Shown: in pieces, positions 46,433 through 55,287 of the stretch | Layout of the letters: each line of letters starts with the position of its first letter | Numbering within the stretch: position 1 is the stretch's first letter | Origin: an uncultured Clostridia bacterium | GTDB taxonomy: Bacteria > Bacillota > Clostridia > Oscillospirales > CAG-272 | Length of the DNA stretch: 64,000 nt | Assembly: GCA_944381085.1 (NCBI GenBank) | Contig: CALWJX010000004.1 | Coordinates: 27,136-91,135, forward strand | Direction of reading: 5' to 3' | Translations under genes and position numbers: made by a program | Notes under the pieces: generated by a model | Databases searched by the model: none | What the model was told of the DNA's origin: nothing | What the model saw: the letters and a program-made list of their open reading frames with translations, nothing else

Positions 46433-47866
46433 TCATCCTATTTTATATGTTGTTCCCGTCGGCGTATCAATCAGCGTCACATTTTTTTGAGCGAGATAAT
46501 CTCTTATTCTGTCCGCTTCCGCGTAATTCTTGTTTTTCTTAGCCTGTTTTCTTTCTTCAATAAGCTGTTCAATTTCTTCAATCAGTTCGTCATCCGCGCC
46601 GAGCAAAGCATTTTCCGCGTCCTTATTGACCGAATAATTCTCCGCGGCCTTGATAAGATCCAATGACAAAACTCTGTCAAAATCCTCTATCAAATCAAAC
46701 TTGGTCTTGCCGTTAAGGTCTGATTTCAGCACATCATACACCGCGGTAATTCCGAGCGACGTGTTGAGGTCATTGTCAAGCGCCGAAACAAACTTTCTCT
46801 TATAGTCCGAAAAAGCGTCAGGGTCTGTTTCCCCGTCTGACTTATCAATCGCCGCTATCCTCGCAACAAGCTTATTGTAAGCCACAGCGGCGTTGTCAAG
46901 GTTTTCATATGAAAATACCAAAGATTTGCGGTAATGCGACTGCAGGCAGAAAAATCTGTAAACCATAGGGTCATATCCCTTGCTTTCCAGCAGGGAGACG
47001 GTCAGAAATTCTCCCTTTGACTTTGACATTTTACCTGTGCTTGTATTCAGATGATGCACATGAAACCAGTAATTGCACCATTTATGCCCCAGGTAAGCTT
47101 CGGACTGGGCAATTTCGTTTGTATGGTGAGGGAACATATTGTCAATGCCGCCGCAATGAATGTCAAGATACTCCCCAAGATACTTCATACAGATTCCCGA
47201 GCATTCTATATGCCATCCCGGATAACCCAGCCCCCACGGCGAATCCCATTTCAGCTCCTGGTCGTCAAACTTTGATTTTGTGAACCAAAGTACAAAATCC
47301 GCCTTGTTCTTTTTGTTTTCGTCTCCCTCAACGCCCTCGCGCACTCCCACTTCAAGGTCGTCCTCGCTGAAATCGTTAAACACATAATACTGTTTAAGCT
47401 TTGAGGTATCAAAGTATACGTTTCCTCCCGCGACATATCCGAACCCCTTGTCAACAAGCGACTGCACGAGCGAAATAAACTCACCGATACATCCGGTTGC
47501 CGGCTGTACCGTGGAGGGAATCTTTATATTGAGCTTACCGCAGTCGTCATAAAAAGCATCGGTATAAAACTTCGCTATCTCAAGCACGGTCTTGTGCTCT
47601 CTTTTAGCGCCCTTAAGCATCTTATCCTCACCGGTGTCGGCGTCGCTCGTAAGGTGTCCCACGTCCGTAATGTTCATAACACGGTTTACTTCATATCCCG
47701 AATAAGTCAGATATTTTTCAAGCACATCCTCCATGATGTAAGTCCGCAGATTACCGATATGCGCATAGTGGTATACGGTGGGTCCGCAGGTATACATGCT
47801 GACCTTGCCTTCTGTTCTCGGCACAAACTCTTCTCTTTTTCTTGTAAGTGAATTATATAAAAGCAT
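46433..47866 (-). CDS. cysS: cysteine--tRNA ligase
   Basis: MYTCGPTVYHYAHIGNLR (HIGH-type) and KMSKSKG. The likely start is ATG 47866 (MLLYNSL). Confidence 0.95.
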   Translation of the reverse strand: MLLYNSLTRKREEFVPRTEGKVSMYTCGPTVYHYAHIGNLRTYIMEDVLEKYLTYSGYEVNRVMNITDVGHLTSDADTGEDKMLKGAKREHKTVLEIAKFYTDAFYDDCGKLNIKIPSTVQPATGCIGEFISLVQSLVDKGFGYVAGGNVYFDTSKLKQYYVFNDFSEDDLEVGVREGVEGDENKKNKADFVLWFTKSKFDDQELKWDSPWGLGYPGWHIECSGICMKYLGEYLDIHCGGIDNMFPHHTNEIAQSEAYLGHKWCNYWFHVHHLNTSTGKMSKSKGEFLTVSLLESKGYDPMVYRFFCLQSHYRKSLVFSYENLDNAAVAYNKLVARIAAIDKSDGETDPDAFSDYKRKFVSALDNDLNTSLGITAVYDVLKSDLNGKTKFDLIEDFDRVLSLDLIKAAENYSVNKDAENALLGADDELIEEIEQLIEERKQAKKNKNYAEADRIRDYLAQKNVTLIDTPTGTTYKIG

Positions 47867-47945
47867 ATTTCCCTCTTGACTACGCACACTCTGCCTGTCT
47901 TTGGCGTGCGTTAAAATAAAGTCACAAATTTAAAAAATATCCGAT

Positions 47946-48812
47946 TTACTTATTAATCCGCGCCATATTAATCAGCTTCCGGGCAAAGAAAACCGTTTTT
48001 CTTCCGTAATCCGTTCTTATCTCCCTGTCCGCCGGAAGCTCCGAAGACTTGACTTCCATATCAAAAAATCCGCAATACCCTATATTTTTAAGCCCCATCA
48101 TCGCGTCTGTCCAGTCAATATTCCCTGAAAAAGGTAAAAAATGCGAATCCTTCTTCCCGTCATTGTCATGTATATGAACCACACAGAGCTTCCCGCCGAT
48201 TTTTTCAATTTCACCGGACTGAGAAAGTCCGCTGAGATTTGCGTGTCCGAAGTCCCAGCAAACGCCGCAATCAAACATTTTCGCAAGAATAAGTATCTCA
48301 TCCGCCGTACATCCGTACAGATGATCTTTTTCGGATTCGTTCGCGCTCGCCATGTTCTCAATACAGATTTTTACACCTTTTTTTCGCGCGTATTCAATTA
48401 CCGGAGATAAAAACTCCTTATTTTTTTCAAGCCATTCTTCATATGTGCGTCTTTGCGAATGGTAAGCTACCGGATGAGTGACCGCATACCCGATATTCAT
48501 CAGAGCCGCCGCGTCAATCCCCTTTTTAAGCTCCGACAAAAACGAAGTCATGAGCTGTTGTCCGTCAGGGTCCGGCATATAAAACGGAAGATGGCAGGAT
48601 GACAGAGTCAATCCCCTCTTTTCGGCGCGGCTTGCCGCGCTGTACAGCACGCTGTTCACCGCGTCGTCAAAACGTCCGATGTTCTCAAAAGACATATCGA
48701 TTCCGTCAAATCCCACAGCGGACATATAATCCACCATTTCACTCATTGAAAAATGTCCGCCCGGATAAGAGTCGTATATCCTTGACGGCGCGCTTATACC
48801 AAATTTTTTCAA
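47946..48812 (-). CDS. sugar phosphate isomerase/epimerase (xylose isomerase-like TIM barrel)
   Basis: Patterns ICIENM, WDFGHAN and VHIHDNDG are typical of the AP_endonuc_2 fold. Confidence 0.8.
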   Translation of the reverse strand: MKKFGISAPSRIYDSYPGGHFSMSEMVDYMSAVGFDGIDMSFENIGRFDDAVNSVLYSAASRAEKRGLTLSSCHLPFYMPDPDGQQLMTSFLSELKKGIDAAALMNIGYAVTHPVAYHSQRRTYEEWLEKNKEFLSPVIEYARKKGVKICIENMASANESEKDHLYGCTADEILILAKMFDCGVCWDFGHANLSGLSQSGEIEKIGGKLCVVHIHDNDGKKDSHFLPFSGNIDWTDAMMGLKNIGYCGFFDMEVKSSELPADREIRTDYGRKTVFFARKLINMARINK

Positions 48813-48918
48813 TCAGACATTCCCCCGTCCAAACTTTCGCTTTCTGTTCCTTATTATTATATCAAATTTATAACTTTTTGTCAATATTTTTGAAAAGACG
48901 GAATATTTAATCTTTTAT

Positions 48919-48950
48919 TAAAAAGCCCGCCAATGTATATTTAATGGCGG
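48919..48950 (-). terminator. Rho-independent terminator at the distal end of the AT-rich islet
   Basis: On the minus strand, CCGCCA pairs with TGGCGG (48945-48950 with 48927-48932), followed by GCTTTTT. Confidence 0.55.
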
Positions 48951-49050
48951 CATCGTACGGATACCGCCATGACCACTACCTAATAGTCTTTGCCAATTGC
49001 CTTGATTTAGAATACATTGGATAAATCATATGTTTTGGCATTAATATATA

Positions 49051-49698
49051 TCAGTCACATTGTGAAACCAGTTTTTGATAAAATTCTTTGTTCATATCAA
49101 TTTCCAATATTCTCTCATTAAAGAAATTCCTTGGTTCTATAAGTTCTGAAGTACTTATATCTGTTTTGTTATCAAATGTACTTTTAACATTTTCGCAAGC
49201 TTTCCGAATATATTGTTTTTTTAATTCTTGATCTGCATATCTCGATAATTCCATATAATTCATAACAAATTGTGGACCTTGTATAATCGATTGTTTTAAT
49301 AATGCAATTGCTTCATTTAAATTACCGCCTTTTTCAATAATATATCTCGCTTTAATAAAACATGCAACCGATAAACTCTCATCTTTTAATATCGGCATGT
49401 TATTATTTATTAACGAAATAAAAAATGAAATATTTTTATATCTGACTGATTCGAATGCAGTTAAGGCTATAAATGCACCAATAAGTAAATTAAATTTATT
49501 AAAAGAATATATATATCCTTTCAACAATTCTGCGGCACTTTCCCAATCTTCAACCGGAGCAAGTGTTTGTATAATTGCTAATCTAATCAATTTTTCCTCG
49601 TCCGATAATAACGGAGATTTCAGTACATTGCTTTGATATTCATATAATTCATGACTTTCATCTTTTGTTATCAGAAAAGGCATTTTCGAAAAATCCAT
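49051..49698 (-). CDS. hypothetical all-helical protein (possibly TPR-like) in the AT-rich islet
   Basis: A 215-aa ORF with helix-rich composition. I recognise no family. It is the last gene of the toxin-associated islet. Confidence 0.5.
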   Translation of the reverse strand: MDFSKMPFLITKDESHELYEYQSNVLKSPLLSDEEKLIRLAIIQTLAPVEDWESAAELLKGYIYSFNKFNLLIGAFIALTAFESVRYKNISFFISLINNNMPILKDESLSVACFIKARYIIEKGGNLNEAIALLKQSIIQGPQFVMNYMELSRYADQELKKQYIRKACENVKSTFDNKTDISTSELIEPRNFFNERILEIDMNKEFYQKLVSQCD

Positions 49699-49723
49699 AG
49701 TATCTCTCCGTTTAATGAATTAG

Positions 49724-50359
49724 TTATTTCCGACTAATTATATTTACTTCGGATAATTTTGATATGGAAGGAAAGTAATATTCTTCAAAACCATAATTAT
49801 TTTCTGATAATGTTTCTCTGATACGTAGATATTGTTCTACATCATTCACACAACCAAATAAATAATTATTATTCAACTTGGAAATAACATCACAGAATAG
49901 TTTTTCTTCCCCATACATATCTTCATAAGAACAAGAAGTTTGCATATTGGTATCTATATACTCATATCCTAAAAAGACACGAATTTCATCTCCTGATGTA
50001 CTGCCGGATATAGTATGTCTATTCGTGGATTCAATAGCAAGAATACGAATAGGAATATCTAATTTATAACAATGAGTTATGTATTGCTTCAATAGTTTCA
50101 TATCTGTTATTGTCCATAAACCATATCTGGAACTATTCAACCAACGTGTAGTGACTTCTTGTGTTAGCTTAACAGATATCTCATCTGTATTATTTTCCAA
50201 TGGCCATGAAATACAACTATCAATACCTTTATAGTGTGTCGATTTAATATGTACAGCATCTATATATAAAGGGTATTTTATTTGCTGAACAACATAACCG
50301 TTATTATAAAATATATTTTCGACTTTGTTGTATACTGCATCATCAATTTCTGTATGCAT
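49724..50359 (-). CDS. hypothetical protein in the AT-rich islet
   Basis: The likely start is ATG 50359 (MHTEIDD), preceded by AGGAGAG. I recognise no family. Confidence 0.5.
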   Translation of the reverse strand: MHTEIDDAVYNKVENIFYNNGYVVQQIKYPLYIDAVHIKSTHYKGIDSCISWPLENNTDEISVKLTQEVTTRWLNSSRYGLWTITDMKLLKQYITHCYKLDIPIRILAIESTNRHTISGSTSGDEIRVFLGYEYIDTNMQTSCSYEDMYGEEKLFCDVISKLNNNYLFGCVNDVEQYLRIRETLSENNYGFEEYYFPSISKLSEVNIISRK

Positions 50360-50554
50360 GTTTTCTACCTCTCCTAAATCTATATAAAATATGTACATAC
50401 GCGAAGGGTGCCTTGCTCCTGCCCTGCTAAACATTTCAAAATTTACATGACCGGCAAGTCCATCGTATCCTTAATAACACCGTTAATCATTTGAATTTTA
50501 GCCGGACATACTTTGAGCAAATACGTCCGGCTCTTCAAATACTGTTATTAAGTT

Positions 50555-50941
50555 TTATAATAACATCTTTGTATCATACAAATTGAGTTGATCTGTCATT
50601 ATCATCACATAATTATTTTTAAGCTTATAAAACCGATCATCCTCAACAGTTTCAATTAGAAAAATTGTACCTCCTATAGTCATACATAATACCTTATCTT
50701 CATAAGAATCAATTTTTCCGATTATATATGTCTGTTCATCAATTGAATAAATCTCAGGGTGTAATTGATTACTTATACTTATTTCCGAATATGTAAATTT
50801 GTAAGGTATATCAAATTCGACATCGTACTGCTTTCCTGTTATTGGAGATTCAGAATTATTCCAAAACGCATTGAATTCTCCATAATCCGAGGCTACTAAA
50901 ATTCGACTTTCTTCTATCAATGATAAAATTTGAATTTTCAT
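50555..50941 (-). CDS. hypothetical protein; candidate immunity protein for the upstream toxin tail
   Basis: A 128-aa ORF starting 17 nt after the toxin-fragment stop, on the same strand. This is the classic immunity-gene position. I recognise no family. Confidence 0.5.
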   Translation of the reverse strand: MKIQILSLIEESRILVASDYGEFNAFWNNSESPITGKQYDVEFDIPYKFTYSEISISNQLHPEIYSIDEQTYIIGKIDSYEDKVLCMTIGGTIFLIETVEDDRFYKLKNNYVMIMTDQLNLYDTKMLL

Positions 50942-50958
50942 TATAAAACAGACCTCTT

Positions 50959-51549
50959 TTATTTCAAGCGTTCATATACGGTACAAGTTGATGGATTGTA
51001 ATCCCATACTTCGAAATGAAAATGAGCTTTAGATGTTCCAATTGAATTCATCTCATGTCTTCCAAATCTAATACTTTTTGTTCCATCGGCAGAAAAAATT
51101 CGATCCATGTCTATTTTACCTGTAAATTTATTTATATTTGTTTGATTTGGTCCTAAATAGTCATTCCAAACATCAACAGTATCACTTACTTTTATTTGAC
51201 TTGCCTTTTTCACTTCAGGAAGTGCAACAATATCTATACACTTATTATGTACCAGTATCTCATTCTCACCTACATAATAAGTATGAAAATCCTCAACCTC
51301 GAAGTTGTAAGTAACAACCGGAGATTCCAATATTTCATGTTGTACCTGTTCAAGCACTACATGCTCACCGTTGAGCATAACAAGGATGTCACCCGCACGA
51401 AGATTACCGGCAAGCACCCAGCCCTTGTCCGCTACATAGTACGGATGTGTCTGTGTTGAGGTTATTTCTTCCCCGTTGACTGTTATTTTGGTAACATGGG
51501 TGGTCTCATTTACAAATGTCTTTACTACCTGTTTTAGTCCGACCTCGCC
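50959..51549 (-). pseudogene. 5'-truncated (orphan) polymorphic-toxin C-terminal cassette: the C-terminal half of a PT-HINT domain plus an unassigned tail of about 95 aa
   Basis: My translation is open from 51549: GEVGLKQVVKTFVNETTHVTKITVNGEEITSTQTHPYYVADKGWVLAGNLRAGDILVMLNGEHVVLEQVQHEILESPVVTYNFEVEDFHTYYVGENEILVHNKC. The tail follows (..RFGRHEMNSIGTSKAHFHFEVWDYNP..). There is no ATG or N-terminal domain, and the frame is bounded upstream by the stop codon of the neighbouring gene. Confidence 0.7.
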
Positions 51550-52506
51550 TTATCGGTCAAAAGTATGTATACGGCTGTTCAGAAGCTGTGCTATTTTTTC
51601 ATCGGAAATATTTTTCTTCATAAAGTATATTTTACCCGCCTCATCCTCAACAAACCTTGTGGCGTCTTCATTAGGAAACTTTTTCTCACGGTAAAACTCA
51701 AGTCTGCCGGGCTTTGTAAGCGAATAAACGTCTCCCTCGCCTTCGCACGCGAACTGCACGGCGGTCAGATCAAAGCTCGCGTTGACGCACTTTACTTCTC
51801 TGTCCGCGGTATAGAGCTGATAGGATCTATATATCGGATTGGACTGCATATCATCGGACTCTTTGTAACCCGTCACTATGGTTTCGCCCAACGCCGCGTC
51901 GGACACATAAATATTATGAGGAAATTTTTCAAAAAACACTTTTGACGCCTTATAATCGCAGACCACATTAAACTCTCTGCCGCTCGGTAGCCTTGCCGCC
52001 ATTGAAACCGCGCAATGCACCTTGCGTCTCACAAGTTCCGATCCCGTGAGGCCGCTATATTTATCGGGTTTGCTTTCAAGCAGCGCCGCCACAGTATTGA
52101 ACATTCCTATAGTAACAATAATCACACTGTCATCCTCCGCCTCGGAAAGCAGCTTTCTGTAAAATGACACATGAGGAAGCACTTCAAAAGTGCCGCTTCT
52201 ATACTTCTCGCTGAAATTTTCCGCAATAAACTTATTGTATTTGAGACAGCTGTCATCGTCGTAAAAACCGGGTTTCGAATATATCCCCATGGGAATATTC
52301 TCATATCCGCAATAATCGCATATCACGTCCGCGGTGACGCTTCCGTAGATATTGGAGGTGCAGTTGCAGATTCCCGCGACCTCAAAACCAAGCTCCTTCG
52401 CGTATGACAAAAGCACCGCTATGGCCCCGACGTCATCGCAGTCAGGTCCGATATCGGTATCAAGTATTACTTTTCGTTTTTTTGTCTTCAATGATTCGTA
52501 TAGCAT
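51550..52506 (-). CDS. nucleoside hydrolase family protein
   Basis: The N-terminal aspartate cluster VILDTDIGPDCDDVGAIAVLL is typical of IUNH-like hydrolases. The likely start is ATG 52506 (MLYESLK), preceded by AGGAGGG. Confidence 0.7.
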   Translation of the reverse strand: MLYESLKTKKRKVILDTDIGPDCDDVGAIAVLLSYAKELGFEVAGICNCTSNIYGSVTADVICDYCGYENIPMGIYSKPGFYDDDSCLKYNKFIAENFSEKYRSGTFEVLPHVSFYRKLLSEAEDDSVIIVTIGMFNTVAALLESKPDKYSGLTGSELVRRKVHCAVSMAARLPSGREFNVVCDYKASKVFFEKFPHNIYVSDAALGETIVTGYKESDDMQSNPIYRSYQLYTADREVKCVNASFDLTAVQFACEGEGDVYSLTKPGRLEFYREKKFPNEDATRFVEDEAGKIYFMKKNISDEKIAQLLNSRIHTFDR

Positions 52507-52570
52507 TTTAATCCCTCCTGCCGCTTTCAGACGGCTTAAACAGATAAAAATATTTTCGGTTTCATGAAAT

Positions 52571-52715
52571 GAAACAATTCGCATAAACAAAAAGTTATAA
52601 AAAAATTCGCTTTGCAAAAAAACGCTTTATTCGTTTGTCAAACAATTCGTTTTGCGAAAAATTCGCTTGACAAAAATTCGCTTGCCGAAAATTCGCTTAT
52701 CGAAAAATTCACCCA
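52571..52715. repeat. degenerate direct-repeat array; the core is 4-5 tandem copies of a 15-16-bp unit, AAAAATTCGCTTGNCG
   Basis: The AATTCG core occurs at 52576, 52604, 52644, 52660, 52675 and 52690, and AATTC at 52706. The spacing is 16, 15, 15 and 16 bp in the tandem part. Confidence 0.85.
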
Positions 52716-53188
52716 TTGCATTTTCCGCTGATTTCTTCGATTTTAACTTTCCATACACAGGTAATCTTAAGGCTTTTCTCAATAACGACGTCAAAGTTCT
52801 TCATATTGCTCGGAGCATGTCTTTGGCACAAAAGTCTCAGTGCATGAATCTTTTCCTCATCGCTCACAACCTCCTTTGCCCTGCCGAATATTACAGCGGA
52901 CTGATATTTGGTCGTAAATTTATCCTCCTGGCGCACGGTATCTCCGACGCAGCAGATACAAACCGCGGGATTTTTTCTGAGTATATCTACCTTTCTGCCC
53001 TGCGCGGCGCAATGAAAATAAATAAAGTCCCCGTCTCTGACTATGCTGAGCGGAATACAGTACGGCGCTTTGTCCGAGTCTGTCATGGAAATAATCGCGT
53101 ATTCACACCTGTCGGTTACATCAAGCGCAAATTCGCGGCTCATCTGTCTGTCTTTTCTTCTCATTTCATAATTCATATCATACCTCAT
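52709..53188 (-). CDS. pyridoxamine 5'-phosphate oxidase family (NimA-like, FMN-binding) protein
   Basis: MRRKDRQMS...APYCIPLSIVRDGDFIYFHCAAQGRKVDILRKNPAVCI is typical of this family. Confidence 0.85.
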   Translation of the reverse strand: MRYDMNYEMRRKDRQMSREFALDVTDRCEYAIISMTDSDKAPYCIPLSIVRDGDFIYFHCAAQGRKVDILRKNPAVCICCVGDTVRQEDKFTTKYQSAVIFGRAKEVVSDEEKIHALRLLCQRHAPSNMKNFDVVIEKSLKITCVWKVKIEEISGKCNG

Positions 53189-53280
53189 ACCGCCGCGGGC
53201 GGCTTAAATGCATATTTGTGAAACATTGATTTGATTTTACGCCTCTTCCATGATAAGTCTAAACAGCCGCAAAATTCGGA

Positions 53281-54105
53281 TTACAGTCTTTCTATCAGTT
53301 TTACAAGCTCCCCTATAACACCGTCATCACAGTCGCACAGGACAAAATCCGACGCCGCTTTGACCCTGTCCGAAGCGTTTGACGGACACACCGAATAGTC
53401 CGCCGAATTCAGCATCTGCAGGTCATTTTCATAGTCTCCCACCGCGAAAACTATCGGCTTATATTTATATTCATTCTCATAATAATTGCTTATAAACTCA
53501 ATTCCGTCAGCCTTTGAGCATCCCGGCGAATTCAACTCAAGGAATCTCGGCGAAGACGCGGCAATATTAAATCTGCCCGCAAAATTCCGTTCAAGGTCTG
53601 AGCGAAATTCCAGCAATTGTTCCGCCTGTGCCCTGAAAACAACTTTATAGATTTTTTCGCCTATCCACATATCCGTGTCCTTAATCTCTACACGACCGCC
53701 CTCAAAGCCGTCTATATCTTTTTTAATTATCTCGTTTACCCGGTTTGTAAGCATCCCGTATTCGGTACTGCACCTGACTCCTATATGCGGATATTCAGAA
53801 TCGGCAAACTCCGTCACCTCTTTGACATCCGACACGTTCATCGGATTTTCATACACGATTTTATTCAGAGACAAATCATATATACAGGCTCCGTTTACCG
53901 TAACTGCGGGAATATTGCACAAAAGATTCGCGTTTTTGACCGCTTTGAAAATGTTGTAATGCACTCTGCCGGTGGCAAATGTAAATTTTCCGCCCTTTGA
54001 ATTAAAATATTCCACAGCCTCAACATTTTCGGGAACAACAGTCGCGCCCCTGCCCAGAAAGGTGCCGTCCATATCCGAAACTATTATTACTTTTTCAAAT
54101 CTCAT
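53281..54105 (-). CDS. Cof-type HAD-IIB family hydrolase
   Basis: SDMDGTFL (motif I) and GDYENDLQML (motif IV). Confidence 0.85.
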   Translation of the reverse strand: MRFEKVIIVSDMDGTFLGRGATVVPENVEAVEYFNSKGGKFTFATGRVHYNIFKAVKNANLLCNIPAVTVNGACIYDLSLNKIVYENPMNVSDVKEVTEFADSEYPHIGVRCSTEYGMLTNRVNEIIKKDIDGFEGGRVEIKDTDMWIGEKIYKVVFRAQAEQLLEFRSDLERNFAGRFNIAASSPRFLELNSPGCSKADGIEFISNYYENEYKYKPIVFAVGDYENDLQMLNSADYSVCPSNASDRVKAASDFVLCDCDDGVIGELVKLIERL

Positions 54106-54132
54106 ATTTCTTTTATTTACTATATAATCTTA

Positions 54133-55170
54133 TCAAAAACCGCTCCCGCGCAGTCTGTCAAGCAAAGAGAGCATGTCAACAGGCAACGACGTCTCAAAAT
54201 GCATTAACTTCAGCGTTACGGGATGCCGCAAAACAAGTTCCTTAGCGTGCAGGCATTGCCCGTGTATAAGATCGGAATTGTTTGACTGAAACCTGCTTTT
54301 TGAGTTGCCGTATACAGCATCTCCCAAAAGCGGGTGTCCTATGGCGGACATATGAACTCTTATCTGGTGTGTTCTCCCGGTCTCAAGCTTACACATTATA
54401 TAAGTCAGACTTTCGCCCGGCAGAGAAAATCTTTCAAGCACGGTATAGTGTGTGACCGCGTCTCTGGCTTTTTTCCGAGGGTCGGTAATGACCGCCATTC
54501 GCTTACGGTCTGTCGGATGTCTGCCTATCGGTCGGTCAACTCTGCCGCAATCCGCGCGAAAGTTACCCAGGGCAATGGCGTGATATGTCCTCTCCACCTT
54601 ATGCTCCTTAATCTGTTCGGCAAGAAACCGGTGCGCAAAATCGTTTTTTGCCACCACCAACAATCCCGACGTATCTTTGTCTATCCTATGCACTATTCCG
54701 GGTCTCGCCACTCCTCCGATGCCCGACAGAGAACCTTTACAGTGATAAAGCAGGGCGTTTACCAACGTACCGCTGTATATGCCGGGCGCCGGATGCACTA
54801 CCATTCCGGACGGTTTGTTGACCACAATAATATCGTCGTCTTCATACACAACATCAAGCTCTATATTTTCCGGTAAAATCTCACAGCTTTCCGGCGGCGG
54901 AAAAAAAACAGTTAAAACATCGCCGACCCGTATCCGGTAATTTTTTTCCGAAAACTCTCCGTTCACAAGCACGTTTTTTTCCGAAATCATTTTGACGGCA
55001 AGACTGCGTGATATATGCGCCGTCTCCGAGACAAACCTGTCCAGTCTCTGTCCGCTTTCGTCATCTGAGACAGTCAAACTCATTTTACTTTGAAAATCCG
55101 ACTGCATATCCGCATCCGGACAACTTTCCCTCTCATCAAAACCCAAATCATCCGTATATATATCCGTCAC
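54133..55170 (-). CDS. rluD: RluA/RluD family pseudouridine synthase
   Basis: S4 domain (QRLDRFVSE), catalytic HRIDKDTSGLLVVAKN and GRTHQIRVH. It follows lspA as in Bacillus. The exact start is uncertain. Confidence 0.85.
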   Translation of the reverse strand: MTDIYTDDLGFDERESCPDADMQSDFQSKMSLTVSDDESGQRLDRFVSETAHISRSLAVKMISEKNVLVNGEFSEKNYRIRVGDVLTVFFPPPESCEILPENIELDVVYEDDDIIVVNKPSGMVVHPAPGIYSGTLVNALLYHCKGSLSGIGGVARPGIVHRIDKDTSGLLVVAKNDFAHRFLAEQIKEHKVERTYHAIALGNFRADCGRVDRPIGRHPTDRKRMAVITDPRKKARDAVTHYTVLERFSLPGESLTYIMCKLETGRTHQIRVHMSAIGHPLLGDAVYGNSKSRFQSNNSDLIHGQCLHAKELVLRHPVTLKLMHFETSLPVDMLSLLDRLRGSGF

Positions 55171-55287
55171 ATCAAAATCCCGGCTTTCACCGCGCTCCTT
55201 TTGAAAAATCCATTTTTCGTAAATTTTATTATCATTTCCGTTTTCCCGACTTGCAGTTAAAGCGGATTTTACGGCAAAATATTCCGC

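Noticed and set aside
52640-52715. The short tandem repeats as a CRISPR array
   Set aside because: The units are only 15-16 bp and directly abutting, with no unique spacers. There are no cas genes in the window.
52652-53221. 189-aa plus-strand ORF with KIRLTKIRLPKIRLSK repeats
   Set aside because: The peptide repeat is simply the translation of the 15-16-bp DNA repeat array. The rest of the ORF is antisense to a well-supported PNPOx-family gene.
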